Below are positions 10,156 to 21,091 of a stretch of DNA of 64,000 bases, piece by piece. Within the stretch, counting starts at the first letter, position 1; each line of letters starts with the position of its first letter. The stretch is from NCBI GenBank assembly GCA_000146045.2, contig BK006941.2:448001-512000 (forward strand), in the 5' to 3' direction. The notes under the pieces were generated by a model. That model saw nothing but the letters and a program-made list of their open reading frames with translations. It was not told the DNA's origin and did not search any database. The position numbers and the translations under genes are program-made. This DNA comes from TPA_inf: Saccharomyces. Lineage: Eukaryota.

Positions 10156-10992
10156 ATGTCGCAAGAGTTTGTGGAAGACTATTCACGTACAGGGTCCTCA
10201 GACGACGAGGATAGTGGAGCTTATGACGAGTGGATTCCATCGTTCTGTTCCAGATTTGGTCACGAGTACTTCTGCCAAGTCCCGACAGAGTTTATCGAGG
10301 ATGATTTCAATATGACCTCGTTATCCCAAGAGGTACCCCACTACCGGAAAGCTCTGGATTTGATATTGGATTTGGAGGCTATGAGTGATGAAGAAGAGGA
10401 CGAAGACGACGTGGTGGAAGAAGACGAAGTGGATCAAGAGATGCAGAGTAATGACGGTCATGATGAAGGCAAAAGGAGAAACAAGTCGCCAGTGGTGAAC
10501 AAGAGTATTATCGAGCACGCAGCAGAACAGTTATACGGATTGATACATGCAAGATTTATTCTGACCAAGCCAGGCCTGCAAGCAATGGCTGAAAAATTCG
10601 ACCACAAGGAATTTGGAACGTGCCCCCGTTACTATTGTAATGGCATGCAGTTGCTGCCTTGTGGGTTGAGCGATACAGTTGGGAAACACACCGTAAGGTT
10701 GTACTGTCCCAGTTGTCAGGACTTGTATCTTCCCCAATCATCTAGATTCCTGTGCTTAGAAGGTGCATTTTGGGGGACAAGCTTCCCTGGTGTGTTCTTG
10801 AAACATTTCAAAGAATTGGAAGAGTATGTGGAAAGGAAAAGTAAAGAGTCCTACGAGTTGAAAGTTTTTGGGTTCAGGATAAATGATGAGGCAGTATCTG
10901 GTCCTAGAATGAAGTGGTTGAGACAATATCCATCCACGGAGGAGGACTGGGAAGAATTTGCCAAATGCGAGTTCGAGACACCGGCGGTTTAA
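10156..10992 (+). CDS. CKB1: Casein kinase II regulatory beta subunit (278 aa).
   Basis: CK2-beta signature: acidic stretch, zinc-finger cysteines (CPRYYCNGMQLLPCG...CPSCQD) and FCQVPTEFIEDDFN. Confidence 0.9.
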   Translation: MSQEFVEDYSRTGSSDDEDSGAYDEWIPSFCSRFGHEYFCQVPTEFIEDDFNMTSLSQEVPHYRKALDLILDLEAMSDEEEDEDDVVEEDEVDQEMQSNDGHDEGKRRNKSPVVNKSIIEHAAEQLYGLIHARFILTKPGLQAMAEKFDHKEFGTCPRYYCNGMQLLPCGLSDTVGKHTVRLYCPSCQDLYLPQSSRFLCLEGAFWGTSFPGVFLKHFKELEEYVERKSKESYELKVFGFRINDEAVSGPRMKWLRQYPSTEEDWEEFAKCEFETPAV

Positions 10993-11109
10993 CCCTTGAT
11001 TTATTTTCCTCTTTGCCCTACCATATACATATGTACTTTACCTATTTACATTGTTTCAGTTTTTATATCACCACTATTATTATTATTACTATTACCACTT
11101 TGGAGTACT

Positions 11110-11664
11110 TTAGTGATTCATTTCCAATTGTTTTCCTGGAGCCCAGTCTTTGAATGCCTTGGCCAAGTTGTACCAGTACTTTAGCTCCACGGTCAACTTC
11201 ACTGCGGCGGCGTAATCCTTGTCATTGTAGCATTGTCCCAACTGGGCTTCAATATCTTGAATTCTTTCCTTGTTTTGCTTTTCAAGCAGCTTCACACCAG
11301 CTTCGTCGTCCATCTGGGATAATTCATCATGGATGTCTAGAACTTTCAATAGTAACTGTGGATCACTGGTAGTTACTTCATTTGAGGTCTGTTCTTGCGT
11401 CAAATCGATATTGCGCAAGAGTTTTAGCATATATTGTGACCTTCTAAGGGGATCTTTGAGAGTATGGTAAGCTTGATTAAGAGTTGATGACTGTTCACTA
11501 CCTTGTTGGGCCATGTCTGGATGGTGCTGTGCTTGTAATTGCCTATACTCCTTCCTTAATCTGGATTGATCGATAGTCCAAATGGGTAGCTTTTTGGGGA
11601 AGGTCTTTGGGAACAGCTCGTAAAATGTAGAAGTGAATCTTCGTTGAACCAAGTATTTCAACAT
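11110..11664 (-). CDS. JAC1: Mitochondrial J-type co-chaperone for Fe-S cluster assembly (184 aa).
   Basis: J-domain HPD motif (QAQHHPDMAQ); the size and position fit. Confidence 0.8.
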   Translation of the reverse strand: MLKYLVQRRFTSTFYELFPKTFPKKLPIWTIDQSRLRKEYRQLQAQHHPDMAQQGSEQSSTLNQAYHTLKDPLRRSQYMLKLLRNIDLTQEQTSNEVTTSDPQLLLKVLDIHDELSQMDDEAGVKLLEKQNKERIQDIEAQLGQCYNDKDYAAAVKLTVELKYWYNLAKAFKDWAPGKQLEMNH

Positions 11665-11853
11665 TGTGCTTGTGGGGCTTCTTGATACCTGTTTCCATTA
11701 TCAGCCTCAGCCTTTAATTTCGCATCATCTTTTTAGTTTCCTTTTCTTTTTCGTTTTTTTTTTACCTATTGTTAAGAATTACGCTGTGAGTTTCATTGCT
11801 ATTGTTACAAAAGACAAGATAGTCTCAAGATACAACTGAGAAGAAGCACAATT

Positions 11854-13365
11854 ATGTCCGATAGATTCGTTATTTGGGCTCCCTCGATGCACAATGAACC
11901 TGCCGCAAAGTGTGGGTATTGTCACGGTAATAAGGGGGGCAACATGGATCAGTTGTTCGCATTGGATTCGTGGGCTCATCGTTATATGAACAAAATGGAC
12001 GTTGTAAAGATTGAAAACTGCACAATTGGCTCTTTCGTGGAACATATGGATGTAGCCACGTATGATCGCATGTGTAATATGGGATTTAGAAGGTCTGGTA
12101 AGTTTCTTTATAAAGTGGACCCGTTGAGGAATTGTTGTAGGTTATACACCATTCGAACTGCCCCTCAAGAATTGAATATGACAAAGGAATTGAAAAAATG
12201 CATCAGCCGCTTTGCTACTAGAATAACAAGTGAGGACTACTGCCCAGCCGCTGTTGCAAGCAGTGATTTTGTGGGCAAAATTGTTAATGCAGAGATGAAT
12301 TCTAAAACATTCTATACCCGATTTGAGCCTGCACTTTATAGTGAAGAAAAGTATCACTTATTTGTCAAATATCAGGAAAAAGTGCATCAAGACTACAATA
12401 ATTCGCCGAAGTCCTTTAAGCGATTCCTATGTGATACGCCCTTTGGCCCTGAAGCGGTGTTGGGGACACAAGAATCATGGGAGCAGTTAAACAATTGGCA
12501 GCGAATGAAGCCAGGCGAGAAACTGAAGCATATGGGTCCTGTGCACGAATGCTACTACTATGAGGGTAAATTAATTGCCATCACTGTGTCAGATATCTTG
12601 CCCAGTGGTATATCTTCGGTATATTTTATTTGGGATCCAGACTACAGTAAATGGTCCCTAGGGAAGCTCAGTGCTTTGCGCGATCTTGCCATCATTCAAA
12701 GGACAAATCTGCAATACTATTACCTGGGGTACTATATTGAGGACTGTCCGAAGATGAATTATAAAGCAAACTATGGTGCGGAAGTACTGGATGTGTGTCA
12801 CAGTAAATATATCCCATTGAAACCCATTCAGGATATGATTTCTAGGGGCAAACTCTTTGTCATAGGTGAAGAAGAGACGAAAGTTACTAAGGAGCTCTAC
12901 CTCGTTGACTCTGAAACCGGAAGAGGGGAGGGATTTCCCACTGATAATGTTGTCAAGTACAAGAATATTGCTGAGGAAATATACGGTGTGGGAGGGTGTG
13001 CGTTTAAATCTGCAAATGAATCTGCATTGGAATTGAAAGAACTTTACGGTATACCGTACGAAGAGGAAGATTTAGATACCATCTACCATTTGAAAGAACA
13101 CAATGGCCATGCTCCAAATGGTATTCCTAATGTGGTGCCGGGATTACTCCCGCTATGGGAATTGCTGGACATTATGCAATCTGGCAAGATCACTGACCTG
13201 GAGGGAAGACTATTTCTCTTCGAAATCGAAACGGAGGGGATTCGACCATTAATTAACTTTTATAGCGAACCTCCGAATGTCAAGAAACGTATTTGTGACG
13301 TGATACGGTTATTTGGCTTCGAAACTTGTATGAAAGCCGTCATTTTATATAGTGAGCAAATGTGA
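11854..13365 (+). CDS. ATE1: Arginyl-tRNA-protein transferase (503 aa).
   Basis: ATE N- and C-terminal domains, including the cysteine cluster near the N-terminus (CGYCHG). Confidence 0.85.
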   Translation: MSDRFVIWAPSMHNEPAAKCGYCHGNKGGNMDQLFALDSWAHRYMNKMDVVKIENCTIGSFVEHMDVATYDRMCNMGFRRSGKFLYKVDPLRNCCRLYTIRTAPQELNMTKELKKCISRFATRITSEDYCPAAVASSDFVGKIVNAEMNSKTFYTRFEPALYSEEKYHLFVKYQEKVHQDYNNSPKSFKRFLCDTPFGPEAVLGTQESWEQLNNWQRMKPGEKLKHMGPVHECYYYEGKLIAITVSDILPSGISSVYFIWDPDYSKWSLGKLSALRDLAIIQRTNLQYYYLGYYIEDCPKMNYKANYGAEVLDVCHSKYIPLKPIQDMISRGKLFVIGEEETKVTKELYLVDSETGRGEGFPTDNVVKYKNIAEEIYGVGGCAFKSANESALELKELYGIPYEEEDLDTIYHLKEHNGHAPNGIPNVVPGLLPLWELLDIMQSGKITDLEGRLFLFEIETEGIRPLINFYSEPPNVKKRICDVIRLFGFETCMKAVILYSEQM

Positions 13366-13665
13366 GCCTTCAACACACTATTCTAATAACAATCCTAATG
13401 TATAACATTTTTTAGCATTCAAACATTCTCACCATCGCGCTGAGATAATTTTATATAGTTGATGGAATAGTTTTGGAGGTGATTTATCCATTAAATACCT
13501 GATGCTTTTTTGTCTCCTCATCGCGTGAAAAATTTGAGAAAAAGCTCGAACTATTTGTAGCACTTCACTGTATTGCTAACAGTTCTTAAAAACTTCAGAA
13601 CATATAGATATTGCTAAACACAGATTTGAATACCATAGTAACTAGTCTCTTATTCTTAGTTTTTG

Positions 13666-16600
13666 ATGAGCTCCATTCACGAGGTTGTGGCTCTTATTGA
13701 AGAGCTGTACTCTCCTCATCCGAAACATGATGTTAATCAGATTCAACAGAGTTTACAGTCAATCCAGAAATCAGAGCAAGGCTTCCACCTAGCTAATGAG
13801 CTTTTATCTGATGACAAGTACTCTGCGAATGTCAAGTACTTTGGTGCACTGACTTTAACTGTGCAACTAAATACGCGGGGTGAAAACGATTATGAAACCC
13901 TATGGAATGTTTTCAGGTCAAATTTATTGTACTTGACGAAATTCAGTACATTGTACGTTTCCAATCCTAATATGTACGGGCAATCTCTAATCATAATTAA
14001 AAAGTTAATGTCAAACTTGTCATTGATCTTCACTAAAATCAACGATCCGCAGCTTAATAACGCTGGAAATGAAAATATGATTAAGCAATGGAACAATCCC
14101 ATAAATACGTTTATTCAACTTATGTCGGTTCAAAATCAAAACATTAATGCAGACCAACTGTTGCTTGACTCAATCAACTGCTCCTTAACATACGAGCAAC
14201 TGTCTCAATTTGTTAGCCTATCTCAGAAACATAATGAACTGGCATTGACGTTTACAGAAGTTATTGTGGAAGATTTGACGAAGTTCCAAACAAAGAGGCA
14301 TTCAATGTCTCAAATCCACGAAGTAGTCCATGAGCATTTATATATTTCAACTATGGCTTTGATCAACTTGAACTTAACTGCACAAGCTGTCTTCAATCCT
14401 ACCGTATTTGATTGTATTACTGCTTGGATTAATTATATCTCATTAACCAGAAGCGTATCTTCAAGTGGTAGAATGGATTTGTCGGAAATTTTTCAAAACC
14501 TGATTGACTTGATGTATCAGTCTACAGAAGGATCGGACGGTTATGAGAATGCGGAAAAGATCCTAACAATATTTGGTAATGTTTTTGCTAATGATCCATT
14601 ATTAATGAGTTACGATTTGAGACAACAAATCGAGTGTATTTTCTTAGGTGTAGTAAGGCCTGATTCTGGCATAACCGACATATCTAACAAAAATTCTTGG
14701 ATGCTACAATATATGAATTATTTAGTTACCAATGATTTTTTTTCCGAATTGAAGGAATTGGCCATTTGTATTGTGGATTTCTTGCAAATTAACACGTTAA
14801 GTGTTTGTAATAAATTATTTACTAACATTCAAGCAGCTGATAATGGTCAAGTTCAAGATGAATATATTCAGGAATACATCAAAGTCCTTTTGCAAATGAC
14901 CAATTTCCCTTTAACTCCTGTCTTACAAGAGTTCTTTTCTGTTAGAATGGTTGATTTTTGGTTGGATTTATCGGATGCTTACACTAATTTGGCTAGCGAA
15001 ACTTTGAGGCCAAATTCTATTGAGCTGTCTACACAAATTTTTCAGCAGTTGATCAATATTTATTTACCCAAAATTTCTTTGAGTGTGAAACAAAGAATAA
15101 TTGAAGAAGAGGGTGAGAGCACTTCTGTGAACGAATTTGAAGATTTTAGAAACGCTGTCAGTGACCTTGCTCAATCTCTCTGGTCTATTTTGGGAAACGA
15201 TAATTTAACAAATGTGCTAATTGATGGTATGGGCCAAATGCCTGCTGCGAGTGATGAGACTCTCATCATCAAGGATACTGATGTTTTGTTTCGAATTGAA
15301 ACGATGTGTTTTGTTTTGAATACTATATTGGTTGATATGACTCTATCAGAAAGCCCATGGATTAAAAATATCGTTGATGCCAACAAATTCTTCAACCAAA
15401 ATGTCATATCCGTCTTCCAAACTGGTTTCCAAACTAGTGCCAGTACAAAAGTCAGTCAAATTTTGAAACTTGACTTCGTAAGAACAAGTACAACTTTAAT
15501 CGGCACTTTGGCTGGTTATTTTAAACAGGAACCTTTTCAATTAAACCCATACGTGGAAGCTTTATTTCAAGGTTTGCACACTTGCACCAATTTTACTAGT
15601 AAAAACGAACAAGAAAAAATTTCGAACGATAAACTTGAAGTTATGGTTATCAAGACTGTTTCAACATTATGTGAGACATGCCGTGAGGAGTTGACTCCAT
15701 ATTTGATGCATTTTATAAGCTTTTTAAACACAGTCATTATGCCAGACTCCAATGTTTCACATTTCACTAGAACTAAATTGGTTAGATCTATAGGTTATGT
15801 CGTTCAATGTCAAGTCTCCAACGGTCCAGAGGAGCAAGCTAAATATATTTTACAATTGACGAACCTATTGAGCGGCTCAATAGAGCATTGTTTGGCTTCA
15901 TCGGTACAGTTACAAGAACAACAAGATTATATTAATTGTCTATTATACTGTATATCTGAGCTAGCAACAAGTTTGATCCAACCTACTGAAATCATCGAAA
16001 ATGATGCATTACTACAAAGGTTATCTGAGTTTCAAAGTTTCTGGTCCAGCGATCCCTTACAAATCCGATCGAAAATTATGTGCACCATTGATAAGGTCTT
16101 GGATAATTCAATATATTGTAAAAACTCCGCCTTTGTGGAGATCGGTTGTTTGATTGTTGGTAAAGGATTAAATCTGCCCGACGGGGAACCGTACTTCCTC
16201 AAGTACAATATGTCTGAAGTTATGAATTTTGTTTTGCGGCATGTCCCCAACTGTGAGCTTGCTACTTGCTTGCCTTATTTTGTTTATTTATTAGAAAAGC
16301 TTATTTCAGAGTTCAGGAAGGAACTAACACCACAAGAATTTGATTTCATGTTTGAAAAGATCCTTCTAGTCTATTATGATGCATATATTATCAATGATCC
16401 GGACCTTTTACAAATGACAATAGGTTTTGTTAATAACGTTTTGGACGTGAAGCCAGGCTTAGCTATTGGCAGTAAACATTGGACATCATTTATTTTACCT
16501 CAATTTTTAAAATTAATACCTTCAAGAGAAAAGTTCACAATTGTTGCGGTGGCAAAATTTTGGACTAAGTTGATCAATAATAAGAAATACAACCAAGAAG

Positions 16601-16911
16601 AACTCACAACTGTTAGGCAACAAGTTTCCTCTATAGGAGGAGACCTTGTGTACCAAATTATGTATGGCTTATTCCACACACAAAGGTCCGATCTGAATAG
16701 TTACACAGATCTGCTAAGAGCTTTGGTAGCCAAGTTTCCAATTGAAGCAAGAGAGTGGCTCGTTGCTGTTTTGCCCCAAATATGTAACAATCCTGCAGGT
16801 CATGAAAAATTTATTAATAAATTACTTATTACGAGAGGAAGCAGAGCAGCTGGAAATGTTATTTTGCAGTGGTGGTTGGATTGTACCACACTTCCAAATT
16901 ACCAAGGATGA
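13666..16911 (+). CDS. KAP122: Karyopherin beta / importin (1081 aa; I placed the start at the second Met).
   Basis: Long HEAT/ARM-like helical repeat protein, acidic and Leu-rich. It sits between ATE1 and PUF4. Confidence 0.8.
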
Positions 16912-17042
16912 TTTGTTAAGAATTTCTCCGCTGAGGGTGAAGGCTATTCTTTGTTACATTTTATTTAGTAATGCGTTGATCCTTTTTGATAGATTTTTTT
17001 TTTGTGCTTTAAAGATAGTAGCAGTATATATGTGTGTAAAAG

Positions 17043-17435
17043 CTAATCATCAGAAGTGCAGCATTCATTGCTAGTATTTAGTGATAAAAATTTTAGAATT
17101 TCCATTTCTAATTGTAATTGCTTTTCATTCCAATACATGTTTGAGCTTCTGGGGGGTAAAAATACATTTCCAGACAGGGCGTCAGGTTGAAAGCAGTTAC
17201 TGAAACATAGAGAGTCGACGTCAGGAGGAGGCTTCAAATGGTTTTCTGAAAGTGATTCGGTCTTATTTTTCCATTTTCTAAAATGGTGAATCCTTTCTCT
17301 GGAAATGTGTGATCCCTTTGCCTTTTGTGAAAACTTTTTTAACGAGCTTTTTAGGTTATTAGTTGTCTCAAGAAGGTTTATGGGCCCGCTGGTCTCGATA
17401 TCTGCGTAATTTAATGGACGTATCGTGTCTTCCAT
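17043..17435 (-). CDS. Small uncharacterised ORF (130 aa from the internal Met MEDTIRPL...).
   Basis: It exists only as a track ORF, trimmed by 12 aa. Its position corresponds to the uncharacterised YGL015C locus. I found no recognisable domain. Confidence 0.4.
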   Translation of the reverse strand: MEDTIRPLNYADIETSGPINLLETTNNLKSSLKKFSQKAKGSHISRERIHHFRKWKNKTESLSENHLKPPPDVDSLCFSNCFQPDALSGNVFLPPRSSNMYWNEKQLQLEMEILKFLSLNTSNECCTSDD

Positions 17436-18140
17436 GGAGTGAATTGTGATTTGTGAATTATATCTGTCCAATACCGTTGCCTTGTTGGGAGCTCAGATAG
17501 AAAAGACATCTTAATTCCAGACAGTCTATTCTCTGTCTATTTCTCTTTGTGACTGCAAATTTTAATTTGTGACGCCTTTTCTTATTACTCATGTATTTGT
17601 CACTCTTGACGATTGTTTTTTTTCTATATTTTTTTTGTTCTGGGGTCCTCCAGAGAATAAAAAATAATGATCAATATAGTAGATAGTATAGTTATATTCT
17701 TATTCGTTGCACCTTGTTTAACAAATCACTCAGACTCAAAGAGAATATCGGTTGGTTATCTCTCTCCGAAGGTGAACAGCAAACAGTACCTCACGTCTTT
17801 TTTTTGAATAGTTTTTTTTTTTGTTGAAACAGAAAAAAAACTTTCTTCCGTATATTACATTGTACATTATTTTTATTGTATTTTAGTTTCCAACGTTAGG
17901 ATTTGAGCCGTCATTAATATTATTCGTTTTTGTACACTATTCCAGACGATTTATTTTTAGTACACTTAAAATTCCTGTTGATATTGTCCACTAGTTCTCT
18001 TTTCATATTTTATTTTCGCTTATTCTTTAGGTTCTTTTAAGAGTCTCTGTTCATTTTCCGTTCTTACTGTTTCTTTGTCCTCGATATCTTTTAAGAAAGA
18101 GAGAACTAAGCGCTGTAACATTTTTAAGTGGACCTACGTT

Positions 18141-20807
18141 ATGTCTACAAAAGGTTTGAAAGAAGAAATCGATGATGTACCATCAGTAGACCCTGTCGTT
18201 TCAGAAACAGTCAATTCTGCTTTAGAGCAGTTGCAACTAGATGATCCAGAGGAAAACGCCACCTCTAATGCATTTGCGAATAAAGTTTCTCAAGATTCTC
18301 AATTCGCTAATGGCCCTCCGTCGCAAATGTTTCCACATCCACAAATGATGGGTGGAATGGGCTTCATGCCCTACTCTCAAATGATGCAGGTTCCTCATAA
18401 TCCTTGTCCATTTTTTCCGCCCCCTGATTTTAATGATCCAACAGCACCATTGAGTAGCTCGCCCTTGAATGCAGGCGGTCCACCAATGTTATTCAAGAAT
18501 GACTCACTTCCATTTCAAATGCTGTCTTCGGGTGCTGCGGTAGCAACTCAAGGTGGACAAAATCTAAACCCATTGATAAATGACAATTCAATGAAGGTAT
18601 TGCCAATCGCATCGGCTGATCCGTTATGGACTCATTCAAACGTACCAGGATCAGCATCTGTAGCCATTGAAGAAACCACCGCTACTCTACAAGAAAGCCT
18701 ACCATCTAAGGGCAGGGAGTCTAATAATAAGGCTAGTTCGTTCAGAAGACAAACTTTTCATGCTTTATCACCAACTGACCTTATCAATGCGGCCAACAAT
18801 GTAACCTTGTCAAAGGACTTCCAATCTGACATGCAGAATTTTTCTAAGGCTAAGAAACCGTCTGTAGGAGCTAACAATACTGCAAAAACCAGAACTCAAT
18901 CCATATCTTTTGATAATACTCCCTCCTCAACGTCATTTATACCCCCAACCAATAGTGTTTCTGAGAAATTATCCGATTTCAAAATAGAAACCTCGAAGGA
19001 GGATTTGATTAATAAAACTGCACCAGCTAAAAAAGAGAGTCCTACAACTTATGGTGCAGCATATCCATATGGGGGACCTTTACTTCAACCAAATCCTATT
19101 ATGCCAGGCCACCCACATAATATATCCTCCCCTATCTATGGTATTAGATCACCTTTTCCTAATTCTTATGAAATGGGCGCGCAATTTCAACCTTTCTCTC
19201 CGATTTTAAATCCTACGAGTCATTCACTAAATGCAAATTCTCCAATTCCTCTAACCCAATCGCCAATTCATCTTGCACCAGTTTTAAACCCTAGTTCAAA
19301 TTCTGTTGCCTTTTCAGATATGAAGAATGATGGTGGTAAGCCCACCACCGATAACGACAAGGCGGGTCCAAATGTTAGGATGGATTTAATAAATCCTAAT
19401 CTTGGGCCATCAATGCAACCTTTCCACATATTACCTCCCCAGCAAAACACCCCCCCTCCTCCCTGGCTTTATAGCACTCCACCTCCCTTCAACGCAATGG
19501 TTCCGCCTCATTTGTTGGCTCAAAATCATATGCCGTTAATGAATAGCGCCAATAATAAACATCATGGTCGTAATAACAATAGCATGTCAAGTCATAATGA
19601 CAATGACAACATTGGTAATTCTAATTACAACAATAAAGACACAGGTCGTTCTAACGTTGGTAAAATGAAAAATATGAAAAACAGTTATCATGGCTACTAT
19701 AATAACAATAATAATAATAATAATAATAACAATAATAATAATAACAGTAATGCTACCAACAGCAACAGCGCGGAAAAACAACGTAAAATTGAGGAGTCGT
19801 CGAGATTTGCGGACGCAGTTTTAGACCAATATATCGGAAGTATTCACTCATTGTGTAAAGACCAACATGGTTGTCGTTTTCTGCAAAAGCAGTTGGATAT
19901 TCTCGGCAGTAAGGCGGCGGACGCAATTTTTGAAGAAACTAAGGATTATACGGTTGAATTGATGACTGATTCATTCGGTAATTATTTGATCCAGAAGCTA
20001 TTGGAAGAGGTTACCACAGAACAAAGAATCGTACTCACAAAAATATCTTCCCCTCATTTTGTCGAAATTTCCTTAAACCCTCATGGTACTAGGGCATTAC
20101 AAAAACTCATTGAATGCATCAAAACAGATGAAGAAGCACAGATTGTTGTTGATTCTTTACGCCCTTATACTGTCCAGTTGAGTAAGGATTTAAATGGTAA
20201 TCATGTTATTCAAAAATGTTTGCAAAGGTTGAAGCCTGAAAACTTCCAGTTTATCTTTGACGCAATCTCTGATAGCTGTATTGATATTGCTACTCATAGA
20301 CACGGGTGTTGCGTTTTGCAACGTTGTCTAGATCATGGGACTACAGAACAATGTGACAATCTGTGTGATAAGTTGCTAGCCCTTGTTGATAAATTAACTT
20401 TGGATCCATTTGGCAACTATGTGGTGCAATATATAATTACCAAAGAGGCTGAGAAGAACAAATATGATTATACGCATAAAATTGTCCACCTGTTGAAACC
20501 AAGAGCCATCGAACTTTCTATCCATAAATTTGGATCAAATGTGATTGAAAAAATCTTGAAGACAGCTATTGTTTCGGAGCCAATGATTCTGGAAATTTTA
20601 AATAATGGTGGCGAGACGGGTATTCAATCATTGTTGAATGATAGCTACGGAAATTACGTTTTACAGACAGCATTAGACATTTCTCATAAGCAAAATGACT
20701 ATCTCTATAAAAGACTATCAGAGATTGTGGCGCCTTTACTGGTGGGCCCCATAAGAAATACACCTCATGGTAAAAGAATCATCGGAATGTTACATTTAGA
20801 TTCATAG
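18141..20807 (+). CDS. PUF4: Pumilio-family mRNA-binding protein (888 aa, starting MSTKGLKEE...).
   Basis: Eight C-terminal Puf repeats (FGNYLIQK, NGNHVIQK, FGNYVVQ, GSNVIEK, YGNYVLQ), a long polyN tract, and a Q/N/P-rich N-terminus. Confidence 0.9.
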   Translation: MSTKGLKEEIDDVPSVDPVVSETVNSALEQLQLDDPEENATSNAFANKVSQDSQFANGPPSQMFPHPQMMGGMGFMPYSQMMQVPHNPCPFFPPPDFNDPTAPLSSSPLNAGGPPMLFKNDSLPFQMLSSGAAVATQGGQNLNPLINDNSMKVLPIASADPLWTHSNVPGSASVAIEETTATLQESLPSKGRESNNKASSFRRQTFHALSPTDLINAANNVTLSKDFQSDMQNFSKAKKPSVGANNTAKTRTQSISFDNTPSSTSFIPPTNSVSEKLSDFKIETSKEDLINKTAPAKKESPTTYGAAYPYGGPLLQPNPIMPGHPHNISSPIYGIRSPFPNSYEMGAQFQPFSPILNPTSHSLNANSPIPLTQSPIHLAPVLNPSSNSVAFSDMKNDGGKPTTDNDKAGPNVRMDLINPNLGPSMQPFHILPPQQNTPPPPWLYSTPPPFNAMVPPHLLAQNHMPLMNSANNKHHGRNNNSMSSHNDNDNIGNSNYNNKDTGRSNVGKMKNMKNSYHGYYNNNNNNNNNNNNNNNSNATNSNSAEKQRKIEESSRFADAVLDQYIGSIHSLCKDQHGCRFLQKQLDILGSKAADAIFEETKDYTVELMTDSFGNYLIQKLLEEVTTEQRIVLTKISSPHFVEISLNPHGTRALQKLIECIKTDEEAQIVVDSLRPYTVQLSKDLNGNHVIQKCLQRLKPENFQFIFDAISDSCIDIATHRHGCCVLQRCLDHGTTEQCDNLCDKLLALVDKLTLDPFGNYVVQYIITKEAEKNKYDYTHKIVHLLKPRAIELSIHKFGSNVIEKILKTAIVSEPMILEILNNGGETGIQSLLNDSYGNYVLQTALDISHKQNDYLYKRLSEIVAPLLVGPIRNTPHGKRIIGMLHLDS
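19701..19746. repeat. (AAT)n tract encoding a polyN of about 16 residues in PUF4.
   Basis: aataacaataataataataataataataacaataataataataac. Confidence 0.9.
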
Positions 20808-21091
20808 TTGATACATATATCCTCAGTTTAGCTTTTTTTACGTTAGCCTCATATAATATCTTTTGTACAATACTAAAATACATCATTTTTTTTTTCGTTG
20901 AGGATCAAATGAATATCCAAAGCAAAAAAAATAGGAATTTTCACTTTATGGTATACTGGTAAATAGTGTTGAAGAAATAAGAGAAGGAGATGCCCTAGAA
21001 AACAGAATGTTCTTATTTAAATAAGTAAACTCAAAAGAAAAAAAAAAGGAAGGAAGTTTTTGAGAACTTTTATCTATACAAACGTATACGT

